Below, in pieces: positions 1 through 13,800 of a stretch of 64,000 nt of DNA (its first letter is position 1; every line of letters begins with the position of its first letter). The stretch lies in NCBI RefSeq assembly GCF_009914755.1, contig NC_060929.1; one strand, given 5' to 3'. Below the pieces are notes generated by a model, which worked only from the letters and a program-made list of their open reading frames with translations, was not told the origin of the DNA and made no database searches. The position numbers were made by a program, and so were the translations under genes. The stretch comes from the human T2T-CHM13v2.0 reference genome, Homo sapiens.

Positions 1-219
1 TCCAATCTCTGACTCTGTCTTCACTGGGCTATCTTCCCCATATGTCACTGCCATCTCCTCTTACTAGGACGCCAGCCATATTGGATTAGGTTGCACCCTG
101 ATGACCTCATCTTAATTTGATTACATCTGCAAGACCCTATTTCAAAATAAGGTTACCGAGTGGAGGTGGGAGGTTAAGTCTTCAGTGTATCTTTTGGAGG
201 GAAACAATTCAATCCATAA
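1..219. mobile_element. MLT1-type MaLR LTR fragment
   Basis: gacctcatcttaatttgattacatctgcaagaccctattt...acaattcaatccataa resembles an MLT1 terminus. Confidence 0.7.
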
Positions 220-284
220 TATAAGGTAACAACTACACATTATAGAACTAGCGTGTGTTACTTCCAAATGAGTAGGGGAAATTT

Positions 285-674
285 CAGCAGTCCCTCCTTA
301 TCCCAGGTTTCACTTTCCTGCGTTTCAATTACCCAGGGTCAACCATGATCTGAAAATAGGCAAGTATATGTCTCTAAAAGAACCATTGAGTTAAAAAAAA
401 ATTGAAGAAAATAGATGAGTATAGTACAATAAGATATTCTGAGAGAGACCACACTCACATAACTTTCATTACCGTATGTTGTTATAATTGTTCTATTTTA
501 TTATTAGCTATTGTTGTTCATCTCTTATTGTGCTTAATTTATAAATTAAACTCTATCATAGGTAAGCATATATAGCAAAAAACATAGTATTGATAGGGTT
601 TGGCACTATTAGCAGTTCCAGTCATCCACTGGGTGTCTTCAAAAGTATGTCCTGTGAATAAGGTGGGACTACTG
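285..674. mobile_element. MER44A-like (Tigger/TcMar) DNA transposon
   Basis: TIRs cagcagtccctccttat / ataaggtgggactactg, with TA after the right end. Confidence 0.8.
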
Positions 675-718
675 TAATGGAATAATGATAAATATTCAGG
701 ATTAAAAATCATAATGAT

Positions 719-1025
<307 letters not shown>

Positions 1026-1569
1026 AATGATATCAAAACCTAACAAAAACAGTGTAAGAGAAGAATATAGGTTAATCCTATTCATTAACCTAGATTTTTA
1101 AAAATTTAAACAAAATATTAACAAATTGAATTCACAATATACAGGAAGGACAATAGCTCATGAACAAGTAGAATTTATCCTTTGATTTTAAGGTTGATGT
1201 AACATAATGAAAAGCAAGTAATTCACCACATTAATAGGTTAAAAGAGGAAAATCATATTGTCTTCATCACAATAGAAGCAGAAAAAAAGTTGTTAATGTA
1301 GATAATAATAGTACATACTACTTAGCTTTATTGTGATGATAAAATGAATCTTTATCTAGTAATTAGTGCCTGGCATGTAGTAAACACTCAATAAAATCTT
1401 ATATATAATCACTATTTATAAACTCTAACAGGCATTTTACACACATGTACAGAAGATACCCAAATGGCTAACCACACATAAGAAGGTGCTCAACTGTATT
1501 ACAATTCAGGCAAATACAAAATAAAACCAGAGTAAGATAGTCTTATACCTATCAAACAGGCAAAAGTTA

Positions 1570-1845
1570 GGCTGGGTGCGATGGCTCATGCCAGTAATCC
1601 CAGCAATTTGGGAATATGAAGTGGGAGGATTGCTTGAGCCCAGGAGTTAGAGACCAGTCTGGGCAACCACGGGGAGACCCCATCTTTACAAAAAAAAATT
1701 TTTTTTAATTAGCTGGATGTGGTGGCACATGCCTATGGTCCCAGATCTTCAGGAGACTGAGGCAGGAGGATCACTTGAGCCCAGGAGGCTGAGGCTGCAG
1801 TGAGTCTGTCTGGGTCACAGAACAAGACCGTGTTTCAAAAAAAAT
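1570..1845 (+). mobile_element. AluJ with a right-arm deletion
   Basis: gcttgagcccaggag J-type motifs; flanked by caaaagtt. Confidence 0.85.
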
Positions 1846-2764
1846 AGTCAAAAGTTTAAAAGACTGACAATGCAAGTGTTACTTAATACATGTGAGAACT
1901 CTCATACACTGTTAATAAGTACAACCACTTTGGAACCAAGTCTGACATTATTTACAAAATATTTTACCCTATAATCTAGAAATTTCACCTCTAGGTATAT
2001 ACTCTACAGAAATGCCATTAAATCACCTAACATGTCAGGGATATATCTTACTTGGTCGTAGTGTATAATCCTATTTATATATTGCTAAATTCAAATTTCT
2101 AATATTTTGTTGAGAATGTTTGTATCTATGTTCATGAAGGAAATTGGTCTGTAGTTTTCTTTTCCAGTGAGGTCATTGTCTGGTTTTGGTAACAGGGTAA
2201 TAGTGACTTCATCAAGTGAGTTCAGAAGTGTTCCCTCCCCCCTCTATTTTTGGAAAAAGTATTTGAAGGATTGGTATTATTTCTTTAAATATTTGATTGA
2301 ATTTACCGGTAAAATCATCTGGTTCTGGACTATTCTCTCTGGAAATATTTTTTAATTGCTAATTCAATTTCTTTTAAATTCAAATATTTGAGGTTTACTC
2401 AGACTTTTTAAATTGCTAATTCTTCTTTTTATAATGTTTTGGAATGCATTGAGTTTATACAGGTGTAATGATGTGTTGAAATCTTGTGTTCTCCAAGGAA
2501 GCTTCTTTTTAAAAAAATTTTGGTAAAACTGCATAACATAAAATTTACCATCTGAGTCATTTTTAAGTGTACAGTTCAGTAGTGTTAAGTACAGTCAAAC
2601 TTGTGCAACCAATCTCCAGAACTATTTTCATCAAACTGAAACTCTATACCACTAAACATCTCCCCATTCTCCCCTCCTCCCGCAACCACCATTCTACTTT
2701 CTGTGTCTATAAATTTGACTAATCTAGGCACCTCATACAAGTGGAATCATATAGCGTTTGTCTT

Positions 2765-3046
2765 TTGTTTTTGAGGCAGAGTACCCCTCTGTCATGCAGG
2801 CTGGAGTGCAATGGCACAATCTTGACTCACTACAACCTCTGCCTTCTGCGTTCAAGTGATTCTCATGCCTCTGCCACCCAAATAGCTGGGATTATATGTA
2901 CACACCACCACACCCAGCTAATTTTTTTGTACAGACAGAGTTTCACCATGTTGACCAGGCTGGTCTTGAACCCCTGACCTCAAGTTATCCATCTTCCTCG
3001 GCCTCCCCAAATGCTGGGATTACAGGTGCGAGCCACCGCACCCAGC
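2765..3046 (-). mobile_element. Alu (S/J)
   Basis: Antisense Alu; TSD-like gtttgtctttt. Confidence 0.88.
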
Positions 3047-4825
3047 TGTGTTTGTCTTTTTTGTGACTGAAGTAAGTTCAGAGTTTATTTATGTGGTAGC
3101 GTGTGTCAGAATTTCCTTCTTTTTCAAGGTTGAACAATATTCCATTACATGTGTACACCACATTTGTTAATTCATTCACTTGTCAATGAATGCTTGGGTT
3201 GCTTCTACCTTATGGCTATTGGGAATAATGCTGCTATGAACATAAGTGTTCAATTTCTTCACTTCTAATCTATCCATATTTTCTATTTCTTAGTGTTTGT
3301 AATTTACATTTTTCAAGGAATGTTCTCATTTCATCTAAGTTGTCTAATTTGTTGGTATAAAGTTATTCATAATATTTTCATATAATCCTTTTAATTCCCA
3401 CAGTGTTGGTAATAACGTCCATTCTTTAATTTCTGATTTTAACAATCTGTATCTTCTATTTTCTTTTCTTTGTCAGACTTGCTGAGAATTTGCCAATTTT
3501 CTTAATATTTTCAAAGAACCAACTTTTGGTTTCACTGATTCTCTTTATGGGATCCACTGATTTCTGCTCTAATATTTTTTCTCTCCTTTTGCTTATAGTT
3601 TCTTAAGGAGGAAGTTTAGATTACTGATTACCTTTAGATTACTTTTGTTCTTTTCTGATATAGACATTTAGAGCTAAAATTTTCCTTCTAAGTGCTTATT
3701 TAATGCAATCCATACATTTTCTATGCTGTGTTTTCATTATCATTTAGTTCAAAGTATATTTTAATTTCCCTTGTGATTTCTTCTTTGACTCATGGGCTAT
3801 TTAAAAGTGTGTTGTATAATTTCCAAATATTTGAGTTTTACTCAGAATTCTTACTGTTGTGGATCCCTAAACCTAATTTAATTCTGTTGTGATCAGAGAA
3901 CAAACTTTAGATGATTTCAAACTTTGAAAATTTGTTGAGATTTGTTTATGGATACAATATATGATTTATCCTGGAGAATGTTCCATGTGCACTTGAAAAT
4001 AATATGTATTCTGCATTTATTGAGTTGTTTGTTCTATAAATATTGGTTAAATTGATTGATAGTGTTGTTCAGGTCTTAGTGTTGTTCAGGTCTTCCATAT
4101 GCTTCTTGTTTTTCTTTCTATTTGTTGTATCAATTATTGAGGGTGAAATCTTCAACTATTATTGTTAAATTGTTTACATCTCCTTTTAATTCTGTCAAAT
4201 TTTGCTTTATGTGTTTTGAAGCTCTATTATTTGGTGCATAGAGATTTATAATTGTTATATTTTCTGAATGTATTACCATTTTATTATTATAACATGTCCT
4301 TTTGTCTCTGATAATATTTCTTATTTTAAAGATTATTTTGTCTGATAAAAGCCATTCCAACCCTCTTATGGTTAATGTTTACATGGTATATTATTTCCAT
4401 CCTTTTCTTTTAACCTATTTGTGCCTTTGAACCTAAAACAGATCTCTTATAGATAGCATATAATTGGCTCTTGCTTTTTCATTCAGTCTGACAATCTCTG
4501 CCTTTTGAGTGGAGTATTTAGTGAGTGTTTAGTCCAATCATGTTTAATGTAACTGTTGATAATCTTTGCATTTATGTTAGCCATTTTGCTGTGTGTTGTT
4601 TGTCTCATGTATTTCCTTTGTTCCTGCTTTACTGCCTCCTTTTGTGTTAAATAAATATTTTTAATGTGTCATTTTTAATTCCTCTGTGTACATTTTACTA
4701 TATGTCGTTTAGGTGTTTTCTTAGTGGTTGTATTAGGGTTTACAATATGCACTTCAACTTATCACAATCTACTTCAGAATAATACTAAGTCATTTCTGGT
4801 AAAATATAGAAACATTGCTCTAATA

Positions 4826-5047
4826 CAGGGGTTTCCAATTTTTTGACTTCCCTGGGCCACATTGGAAGACAAAGTGTCTTGGGCCACACATAAAATCCAA
4901 TAACACTAATGATAGCTAATGAGCTTTAAAAAAATTCCATGCATAAATCTCATAATGTTTTAAGAAAGCTTACAAATTTGTGTTGGGCCACATTTAAAGC
5001 CATCCTGGGCTGTATGTGGCCCACAGACCATGGGGTGGATAAGCTTG
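4826..5047 (+). mobile_element. MER30 (hAT-Charlie)
   Basis: MER30-like body; perfect 8-bp TSD ctctaata at 4818-4825 and 5048-5055. Confidence 0.85.
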
Positions 5048-5919
5048 CTCTAATATATCTCTTTTTTCCCCCTTCATTAGTGCTATTATGTTGTATAGAT
5101 TATGTCTCTATATTAACTCTATACAACTAGATTGTTATAAGTATTGCCTTATACAGTCTTGTATCATTTAAAGAAATTAAAAGAAAAATGAGAAAAACTT
5201 ATTTCTAGAGACTTTTACAATTTCCCACATATTTGTTATTTCTGACATTCTTCGCTTATTCTTTAGGATTACAGCTATTTTCTGTTGTCACTTTTTTTCA
5301 GCCTAACAGACCTTTTCTGTATTTTTGTAAAGCAGCTCTGCTAGTGAGGAATTCTTTCAATATTCATTTATTTCCGGAACATCTTTATTTTTGTATTCAC
5401 TTTTGAAGGATAATTTTGTTTGATGTAGAATTCTAAGTTTGCAGGCTTTTAAAAAATTTTCCTATCAGCACTTTGAATATAGCTTTCTACTGCTTTTCTG
5501 GCCTCCATTCTTTCTGATAGGAAATCAGATGTTACTAGGATTCTTGTTCCTCTGTGTTGTGGGGTTTTTTTATGTTTTTGAGATTTTCTCTTTGTATTTA
5601 TTTTTCAACAGGTTAATTCTGAGGTGTCTAAGGAGGATCTTTTTGTGTATATCCTACTTGAAATTCTTTGAAGTTCTTGGATCTGTACATTAATATATTT
5701 TCATCAAATTTGAAATGTTTTTGGCCATTACTTTTAGGTGTTTTTCTATCTCATTTTCCTTTCCATCTCTTTCTGAGACTCCCATTACACCTAGGTTGGT
5801 ACATTTAATATTATTCCACAGGTCTATAGGATTGTCTATTTCTCTTTCATCTTTTTTCTCCCTATTTTTCAGATTCGGTAATTTTCACTGCTCTCTTTTC
5901 AAATTCCTGGTTCTTTCTT

Positions 5920-6229
<310 letters not shown>

Positions 6230-7534
6230 TAGTTCTTTCTTTTGCTAGCTCAGAATTACAGTTAAGCTTCTGTAGTAAACTTTTCATTTCAGTTAGAATT
6301 TTTAACTTCAGAATTTTCATTTGTTTTAAATAATTTTTGTCTCTTTATTGAGATTCTCTATTCAGTCATTGTTGTCATGTTTTGCTTCAATCTTTAAAAA
6401 TTGTTTTCTTCAGCTCTTTGAACACATTTATAATAGCTACTTTGAAATTTTTGTCTTCTAAATTCATTATCTGGAAACACTCAGAGACAGTTTCAGTAGA
6501 CTCAGTTTGGTCATCCTTTTGGTTTCTTTATATGCCTTGTAATTTTATATTGAATATTGAACATCTTAGCTAATACTGCAGCCACTCTGGATTGTGATTT
6601 TTTCCTCCTAGAGTTGTTTGTTTGTTTGTTTGTTTGTTTTTTAACTTAGTAACTTGCCTGGGCTAAATCTATAAAGCGTGTGGCCACTGTTGACTTTGAT
6701 CAGTTTTTATCTTTGTTTACATTTTAAAGCCTGGATGCCTAGGAATTGCCCTTGACAGCTTAGAGTTCAGGTTAAGAATGGTCAGCAACAGCACTCAAAC
6801 CCCTCAAGCCAGTGAGGCTTTCACTCTTTGCTAATGGGCTATGTGTGGAGTGGGGAGTACATTCAAAACTTAGGAAGTTTTTAAGTCAGGCTTGACTTTT
6901 ATTTTCTGTTGGGCTTTCTTATTTCTCTTCTGTTCATGTGTGCAGGTTCTATTGGCCAGGCATGTGTGAATGGCCTGGGTTCAAGCTTATCTCTGTAGCA
7001 CATGAGCACAGCCTCTCGTCAACACAGGATATGTGGGGAGATTACCAAGCCCCTGGGGCTATCTCATATCTGTGCGTCCCTGTTAAATCCCTGGAAGCCT
7101 CTCGGTCCACCGCTTGTCCCAAATAGGGCCATAATCTCAGACTAGCAGAGCTGCTGGCTCTCCCTATCCACTTGTTACTAAGATTGCCACTTTAACTGAC
7201 AACATTCCAAATCAAGGAGCACCTTCTGGCAGCAGCAACAAGGCTGTGGGTCTCCATGACCTGGCCCCCGCTGGTTGAACTACCACCACAGAACTGGCAG
7301 GCGGGGAGGGAGGGGATGGGAGCAGCCTGGGCAACACCACCACAGACTCATGCTGTTCTTACCCAAACTTCAGGACATTTCATCAGTTTGTGGTATGCTT
7401 TTGGTCAACTTTCAGAGCACTGAAATTGTTGGTTTTGAAGTTTTGACCAACTTAATAGTTGCTTTTTGAGGACAGAATTTCTCTGCCTTCTCATTCCATC
7501 ATGCTGGAAGTTGAAAGTTTAAAATCATTTTTTC

Positions 7535-7995
7535 TATGTGCTTCTCTGCATGATAATTAGTGAAATAATTATACTAATTATTATTACATAATTATTTCGC
7601 TAATTATTGTAAAAATAATTATTTATAAACATTTATTTATAAAATAATCATATGTATAATTATATGTACTTATACTAATTATACATATAATTAGTATAAT
7701 TTTTTAAAAATAATTATAAATAGTTTTATAGGTAATTATATAATTATTTTCACTAATAATTAGTAAAATAATTATGCAGATAAGTACATATAGTATACTA
7801 AATATATGTGAAATAATTATTGTAATCAGTATTTCCACTAATATAAATAAATATATACTTATATAATAGATAATAATATTATATAATATAATAATAATGT
7901 ACTAATTATAATATAATTACATAATAGATTATTTTAAATAATTATATGAAGTAATTATTAGTGAAATAATTATTGTGCAGATAAGTGCATATAAT
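7535..7995. repeat. AT-rich low-complexity tract with direct and inverted copies of tagtgaaataattat
   Basis: Motif at about 7558, 7761, 7808 and 7959; inverted copy at about 7738-7755. Confidence 0.8.
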
Positions 7996-10900
7996 ACAAT
8001 TCCATTTATATCTAGTTCTAACTGCGACAAAACTAAACTATATGGTTTAGGGATGAGTGTACAGGTGATAATACTATAAAGAAAAGCAAGTAAATGATTA
8101 TCATGTAAGTGAAGATAGTAGTCACCTCTAGGGGAAGAAGGGGTTTTGATTGGAAATGGATACATGAAGTGCAAAGATCGTTTCTTGGATTCCAGTACTA
8201 TTCTGTTTTTTGACTTGGGTAGTGGTTAACAAATCCTCACTTTAGAGCCATCTCTTCAACCGTGCATATAGTCTAATGCATGTTTCTCCTTGCATATTAT
8301 ATATTACACTAAAAAGTTGTATAAAACATGTTAATTTGTTAATTTATTTAATTAATAAATATTTATTGGGCAACTTTAGTCTAAAAGGCACAATTCTAGG
8401 CAAGAAGTATATACAGTAATACAAAGACAGAGAAGGTCTCTGTTCTCATGGAACTTAAAGCTTAGTTTCATGGGAAAGATAGACAAAAAGTAAACCCCAA
8501 AAAAGTAATTTCATATTGCAATAAAGAGTACGCAGGGTGGCAGACAGAGAGAAGCATTGAGTACGAGGGCCTTGAGCTTGATTTGTCCGATTAGGTCTCA
8601 TCTAGAAGATGAAATTTGAGCTGAGAACTGAAGGGTGAAATAGAGTCAGGCATGTAAGGATTTGGGGCAAGCGCAACCCAGCAAAATAAAATAGCTAGTT
8701 CAGAGCTCCCAAAAATATCTAGAGAAGGAGAGAGCAACTTGCAAAGAGAGTTTGACTTGCAAGCTGACATCAAACATCTGAAAGACGTGCTTTGGATGAG
8801 CTCAAGAATGTGTAGCCAGGATCAGTAGAGGAAAGCCATGAAGGGTGTGGGTGGCTGAGCTCTCTTCAAGGAAAGGCAGGATTTGCAACCACCAGATCTT
8901 CTCAAGAGGCTACTTGAAGAGTCAGCACAGCCAATATCACTGAAAGTGATTCTCACTCTCTTGGTAAGGTAGTGGCCACATGTTTTTTGGCCATTCTCTT
9001 TCCCTTGGGGAACAGCCCTCAATTTTCCCTGTGAAGAATTACCTCTCCTCTATTGTGGCAGCCTTGACTTAAACAGTGACACTGGCCGAAGGGTGGTCAC
9101 ACACCTAAGATTGTCCAGATGGACTTTCTTCCCCAAGACTCTCTTCTCTGCAGTGGTTAAGTATGGGGTTGGGAAGACTATGCAAAGCTGACCACCCCCC
9201 GTGGTTGTTTCAATGGCAGCCTTATAATTTCTATGTAGAAGGGATGGGGCTGGCAGTCTGTTGAGGGCAGGATTTGGGGGACCACTTTAACCTATCTTCG
9301 TATAGCATTTTGCATAAAGGTAAGAAAGCTCAACTTCTCACACAAAGAATTAGGGTAGGATGGAGGGGTTTAAAGTTCCTCCAAATATCCTCAAATATCT
9401 CCTTGGAGTCACCACTGGGTGACACCACTGGTCAGTGCCTGTCACCTAGATCCCCAGAATCTTCATGGTTCCTGAGTCGTCCTAGCCTGGTTCTTCAGCT
9501 GCCTTTTTATTTCTGGAGACCCCCTTTCAATAACACAAATACCCTTTTTGGTTTAACTTGCCCAGAGTTGGTTTCTATTACTTGTACCACAGAAGGCTGA
9601 TAGGGGATGGGGACGGACCCAGGCCCTAGATGAGATGAAGGAATTTTTAAAGCCTCTTTCATTGCTGTGGTTTTAAGATAAGCACAAATATAATTAGGCC
9701 TCTCTCATAGGAATCAATAGTTATAGATGTACTGGAAAGACAATACTTGGCTCAGTATCTTAAACAGACATGTTGGCTCTACACACTTGCAAACAATGAA
9801 ATCAAGTATAATTTGCAGCCCTGGGGATATAGTTCCAGAAAGAGGCTCAAAGTACACTTACCAGTGGTATTCAGAAAGCCACGGAAGGGGACTCTGCCAG
9901 AACACCATCGTCCGCAGGCTGATGTCAACACATAATAAAACAATAGAGTGAACATTGGGGGAGGGAGGAATCTGTAACATAAAGAAGATAATGGAATCAT
10001 CAACACTGATCAGCATCAGGAACAAATGGGGCTGGAGGAAACCTGAAGAATTCTTCAGAAAATCTCAAGTAAGTCTGCCAGCAGAAACTAACCATGCCTC
10101 ACATTTGATTTCCACTGGTATATTTAGTATATTTCATGAAGTTGTGTAATATCTGCCCACCCTGCTTTGAATTTCAGCATAGTTACAGTGATGAAAACTA
10201 ACAAAAAACAAACAAAAAACCCCCAAGAGATTCTTACTCTGATTTGGGGGTGGGGCCTGGGGGGTACAGTATAGTTCAACATAATTTGTTATAGAAAAAA
10301 AAGTTTCTATTGATTCATAATCAACCTTTTCAATGATGATTTTTTTGGGGGATGTGATCTCTCTGGACTTTTTTTTGGGAAAACATTGTTTCCTGCTAGA
10401 CAAAGAGCAGTCTGTTTTGAACAGTGAAACTGACCTCTCAGCTTTTGAGTTTCTAATAGCAAATTAAATCTAACTCACCAGGAAAAGAAAATTATGAAGA
10501 GGTAACTTTTATAATGCAGGAAATAATTGGTGTATTGATCTTTATGAATTTCCTGATTTCTTTACCTTATAATGGTTTTCCTTAATGGCAACACATGCAT
10601 TAAGAAAACAAAGCACATTTGATGGAAATTCGTTGTCTTCCCCTTTTTAAATTATTTAGTAACATTGGGCAGCTAAGAAATTGTTTCTGCTTCTATAAAA
10701 CCCCCTATGCTAATTGTGGCCAGCAAATTAGTAATTATAATAGATGATACAAAGCAGGAAAGGGCTAAACTAATGTTAGGGAGTAAAGAATGCAATTAGA
10801 TGGCTCAGCCTAACGCATCTTCACTCTGAATCTCTGTGAAGAAGGAAGAAAAAAGCTCTGCACCAAAATTAAAGGGGACTCGTTTTCTGATTGTGTCCTA

Positions 10901-12139
10901 GGGGATTTGGAGAAAGCTCAAGCAATTTGAAGGATACCCTCAGGTTGTACTCAGCAGAATTCCTGACCTCTGCCACATCCTATCTATCATGAGCCTTTAT
11001 CAGGAGGAGATGGCACATCACAAGCCATTTGGTGGCACGTAATTGCTTCGACATTGACAGCAGAGGGGTATATATCACCTCCTCTGTTAAAAAGAGAGTG
11101 AGTGTTTTAAGTGGAAGAAGACTGAATGTAAAGGCAAATTTAAATAAACATTAAAGGGAAGTTAAACCAATACAAAACTGAAATGGATACCAAAATAAAA
11201 TGAAAGCTTAAATATATGTTGAAGAAAACATTTAATAATGTATGATTTCTAATCATGCCCTTTAGAAATATTGAAGAATCAAGAATAAGAAAAAAGAAAG
11301 AATCTTATAGCTTAGAACAGCTTATAAAAGCATGAGACTGGTTTTGGACGGTACATGAAGTATTGTGGTTGGTTTTGTAAACTGCACAGAGAGAAAGGTC
11401 TTCTCAGTCTCAATTCTTCTGCTGACATTGAAAGGAAAGTCTCGGGGCTGGTCTGTCTTCAACTCCTCTTCAACACTGCCAAATCTCCCTTTTAAAAAAA
11501 GGAGGAAAAAAGAGTAGACTCATGCTCTGAGCCTTTGGCAAACAATCGCTTGAATTTAATTATATTACGTTGTTTTTATTACATTTATTTTTGTGGTTAC
11601 CTTTATTTATGGCAAGTGAACTGGTTTCCACTTGTGATGGGCCTATGACATTTTTTTCTTTATTTACATTTTAAAAAGCTGAGTCAACTTAAAAACAAGT
11701 ACTATATAAATAAAAGCTCTGAGTTTAAAAACAAAACAAAACAGAAAAATCAGTAGTGGGTTCAATGTCGTTGGACAAAAATCTTGTAAGGGGCACTGAA
11801 ATAATTTTAGTTGAAAAAACATCAGTTTAAAGTCATAGACTACGAGAGCTTGAAGAGACTAAGAGCAGGCAATCCAAGTCTCCTCCACATGTGGAAACCA
11901 AGTCCAGAGACGGAGCAGTAACTGCCCGGCTCCCACGGCTTGTAATCGCAGAAACAAGCTTTAAGCCGGCTGCCTCCTTCCTCGTTGCTTTTACCATTAT
12001 TTAATTTGTAGGCTTCACAAAGGCTATATGTGTTGAAATTGGCTAAATGTGCCCAGTCTAGAAATGAGTCAAAGTCAAGAGGCAGGCCACCAAGGAATTT
12101 ATGTCTTTACTGATAAAATTTGTGCAACCTGCAAAACCA

Positions 12140-12173
12140 CAGTGACATCTAGTGGTATTCCTTGAAAATGCAA
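12140..12173 (-). promoter_or_regulatory. Candidate CTCF site (core plus upstream motif)
   Basis: Minus strand TTGCATTTTCAAGGAATACCACTAGATGTCACTG: core CCACTAGATGTCAC with a TGCA upstream module at the usual spacing. Confidence 0.55.
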
Positions 12174-12175
12174 CT

Positions 12176-12903
12176 TTAAAAATATTTTTACATATTTAGA
12201 GGGTACAAGCGCAGGTTTCTTACATGCTTAGTAGTGAAGTCTAGGCTTCACTACTGGGTGCCCATCACCCAGATAGCGAACATTGTACACAACAGGTAGT
12301 TCTTCAACCCTCACGACCCTCCCACCCTTTCACCTTTTGTAGTGTCCAATGTCTATTCCACTCTGTATGTTCCTGTGTATCCATTGATCAGTTCCCAATT
12401 ATAAGGGAGAACATGGGGTATTTGACTTTCTGTTTCTGAATTATTTCACTGAGGATAATGGCCTCCAGTTTCATCCATGTTGCTGCAAAAGACATGATTT
12501 TATTCTTTTTTATGGCTAAGTAGTATTCCGTGGTATATCTTTACTTCATTTTCTTTATCCAATCCTCCATTGATGGAGACAGTCAGGTTAACTCCATGTC
12601 TTTGCTATTGTGCATAGTGCTCTGATAAGCATATTAGTGCAAATATCTTTTTTTATATAATTGTTTCTTTCCCTTTGGGTTTATACCCAGTAGCAGGATT
12701 GCTGGATCAAATGGTAGTCCTATTTTTAGTTCTTTGAGAAATCATACTGTTTTCCATAAAGGTTGTATTAATATGCATTCCCACCAACAGTGTATAAGCA
12801 TTCTCTTTACTTCACATCCTTGCCAACATCTATTGTTTTTAGACTTTTTAATAATTGCTATTCTGTCTGACTGTTGTAAGATAATATCTCATGGTTTACT
12901 TTG
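12176..12903 (-). mobile_element. 5'-truncated L1PB-like (L1PB4?) element
   Basis: Reverse-complement L1 3'UTR and ORF2 end; TSD tgaaaatgcaact at 12163-12175 and 12904-12916. Confidence 0.8.
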
Positions 12904-13612
12904 TGAAAATGCAACTCTTGATACAACCCTTGACTTAAGCAGGCTTGTCATTAAAAAGGAAACATTGTTTTGTAGAATATCTCTTAGTGTGGGTTTGTCT
13001 ATTTCCTCATGATTAGATTATTCTTAACAAGAATATCTCAGAGGTGAAGGAGTATCTTCCTTAGTGCATTATGTCAAGAGGTACATGATGAAGGCTTGTT
13101 CTATCATTGGCGATGCTAACTTCAGTCACTTGGTTACCGTGTTATCTCCCAAGTTTATCTCCTGTAGAGTTACTGTTCTTCCTTTCTTAATGATTTGAGG
13201 GACAATATTTTGAGGCTATATAAGCATCATTTTCCTTTTCAAACTTTCATCCACTAGTTTTAGTATCCATGGATAATTCTTGCCTAAATCAATTATTATT
13301 ATAATAGTTGCAAAATGATAATTTTCTAATTCTGTCATTCCTTTCTCCATTTTATTAGTTAACATTTTACTCAAAGAGGGGCTTTCCCGATTCGCTTATG
13401 CATGTTTGCATTTATTTATTAGAATAAACTCATGAATGCTTACACAATCTACAATCTATGGATCTAGAATTCATGAGTCTATCATGAATAGGTTATATAG
13501 TAGATATTATATATCTTTAGATATATTATAGAGTACATATGCATGTATAGATTATGTCTAAATCTATAATCTATTGGTATTGTTATGTATTTCTTTTTAA
13601 AAATATAAATGT

Positions 13613-13800
13613 AGAACATCACACACTGGGGCCTGTTGGGGGTTGGGGGCTAGGGGAGGGAAAACATTAGGAGAAATACCTAATGTAGATGATGGGTTGA
13701 TGGGTGCAGCAAACCACCATGGCACATGTATACCTATGTAACAAATCTGCACGTTCTGCATATGTATCCCAGAACTTAAAGTATAATAAAATAAATAAAT
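13613..13800 (+). mobile_element. 5'-truncated L1PA7-like 3' end
   Basis: L1PA 3'UTR with (AAAT)n tail; TSD aaaaatataaatgt at 13599-13612 and 13801-13814 at a TT/AAAA site. Confidence 0.9.
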
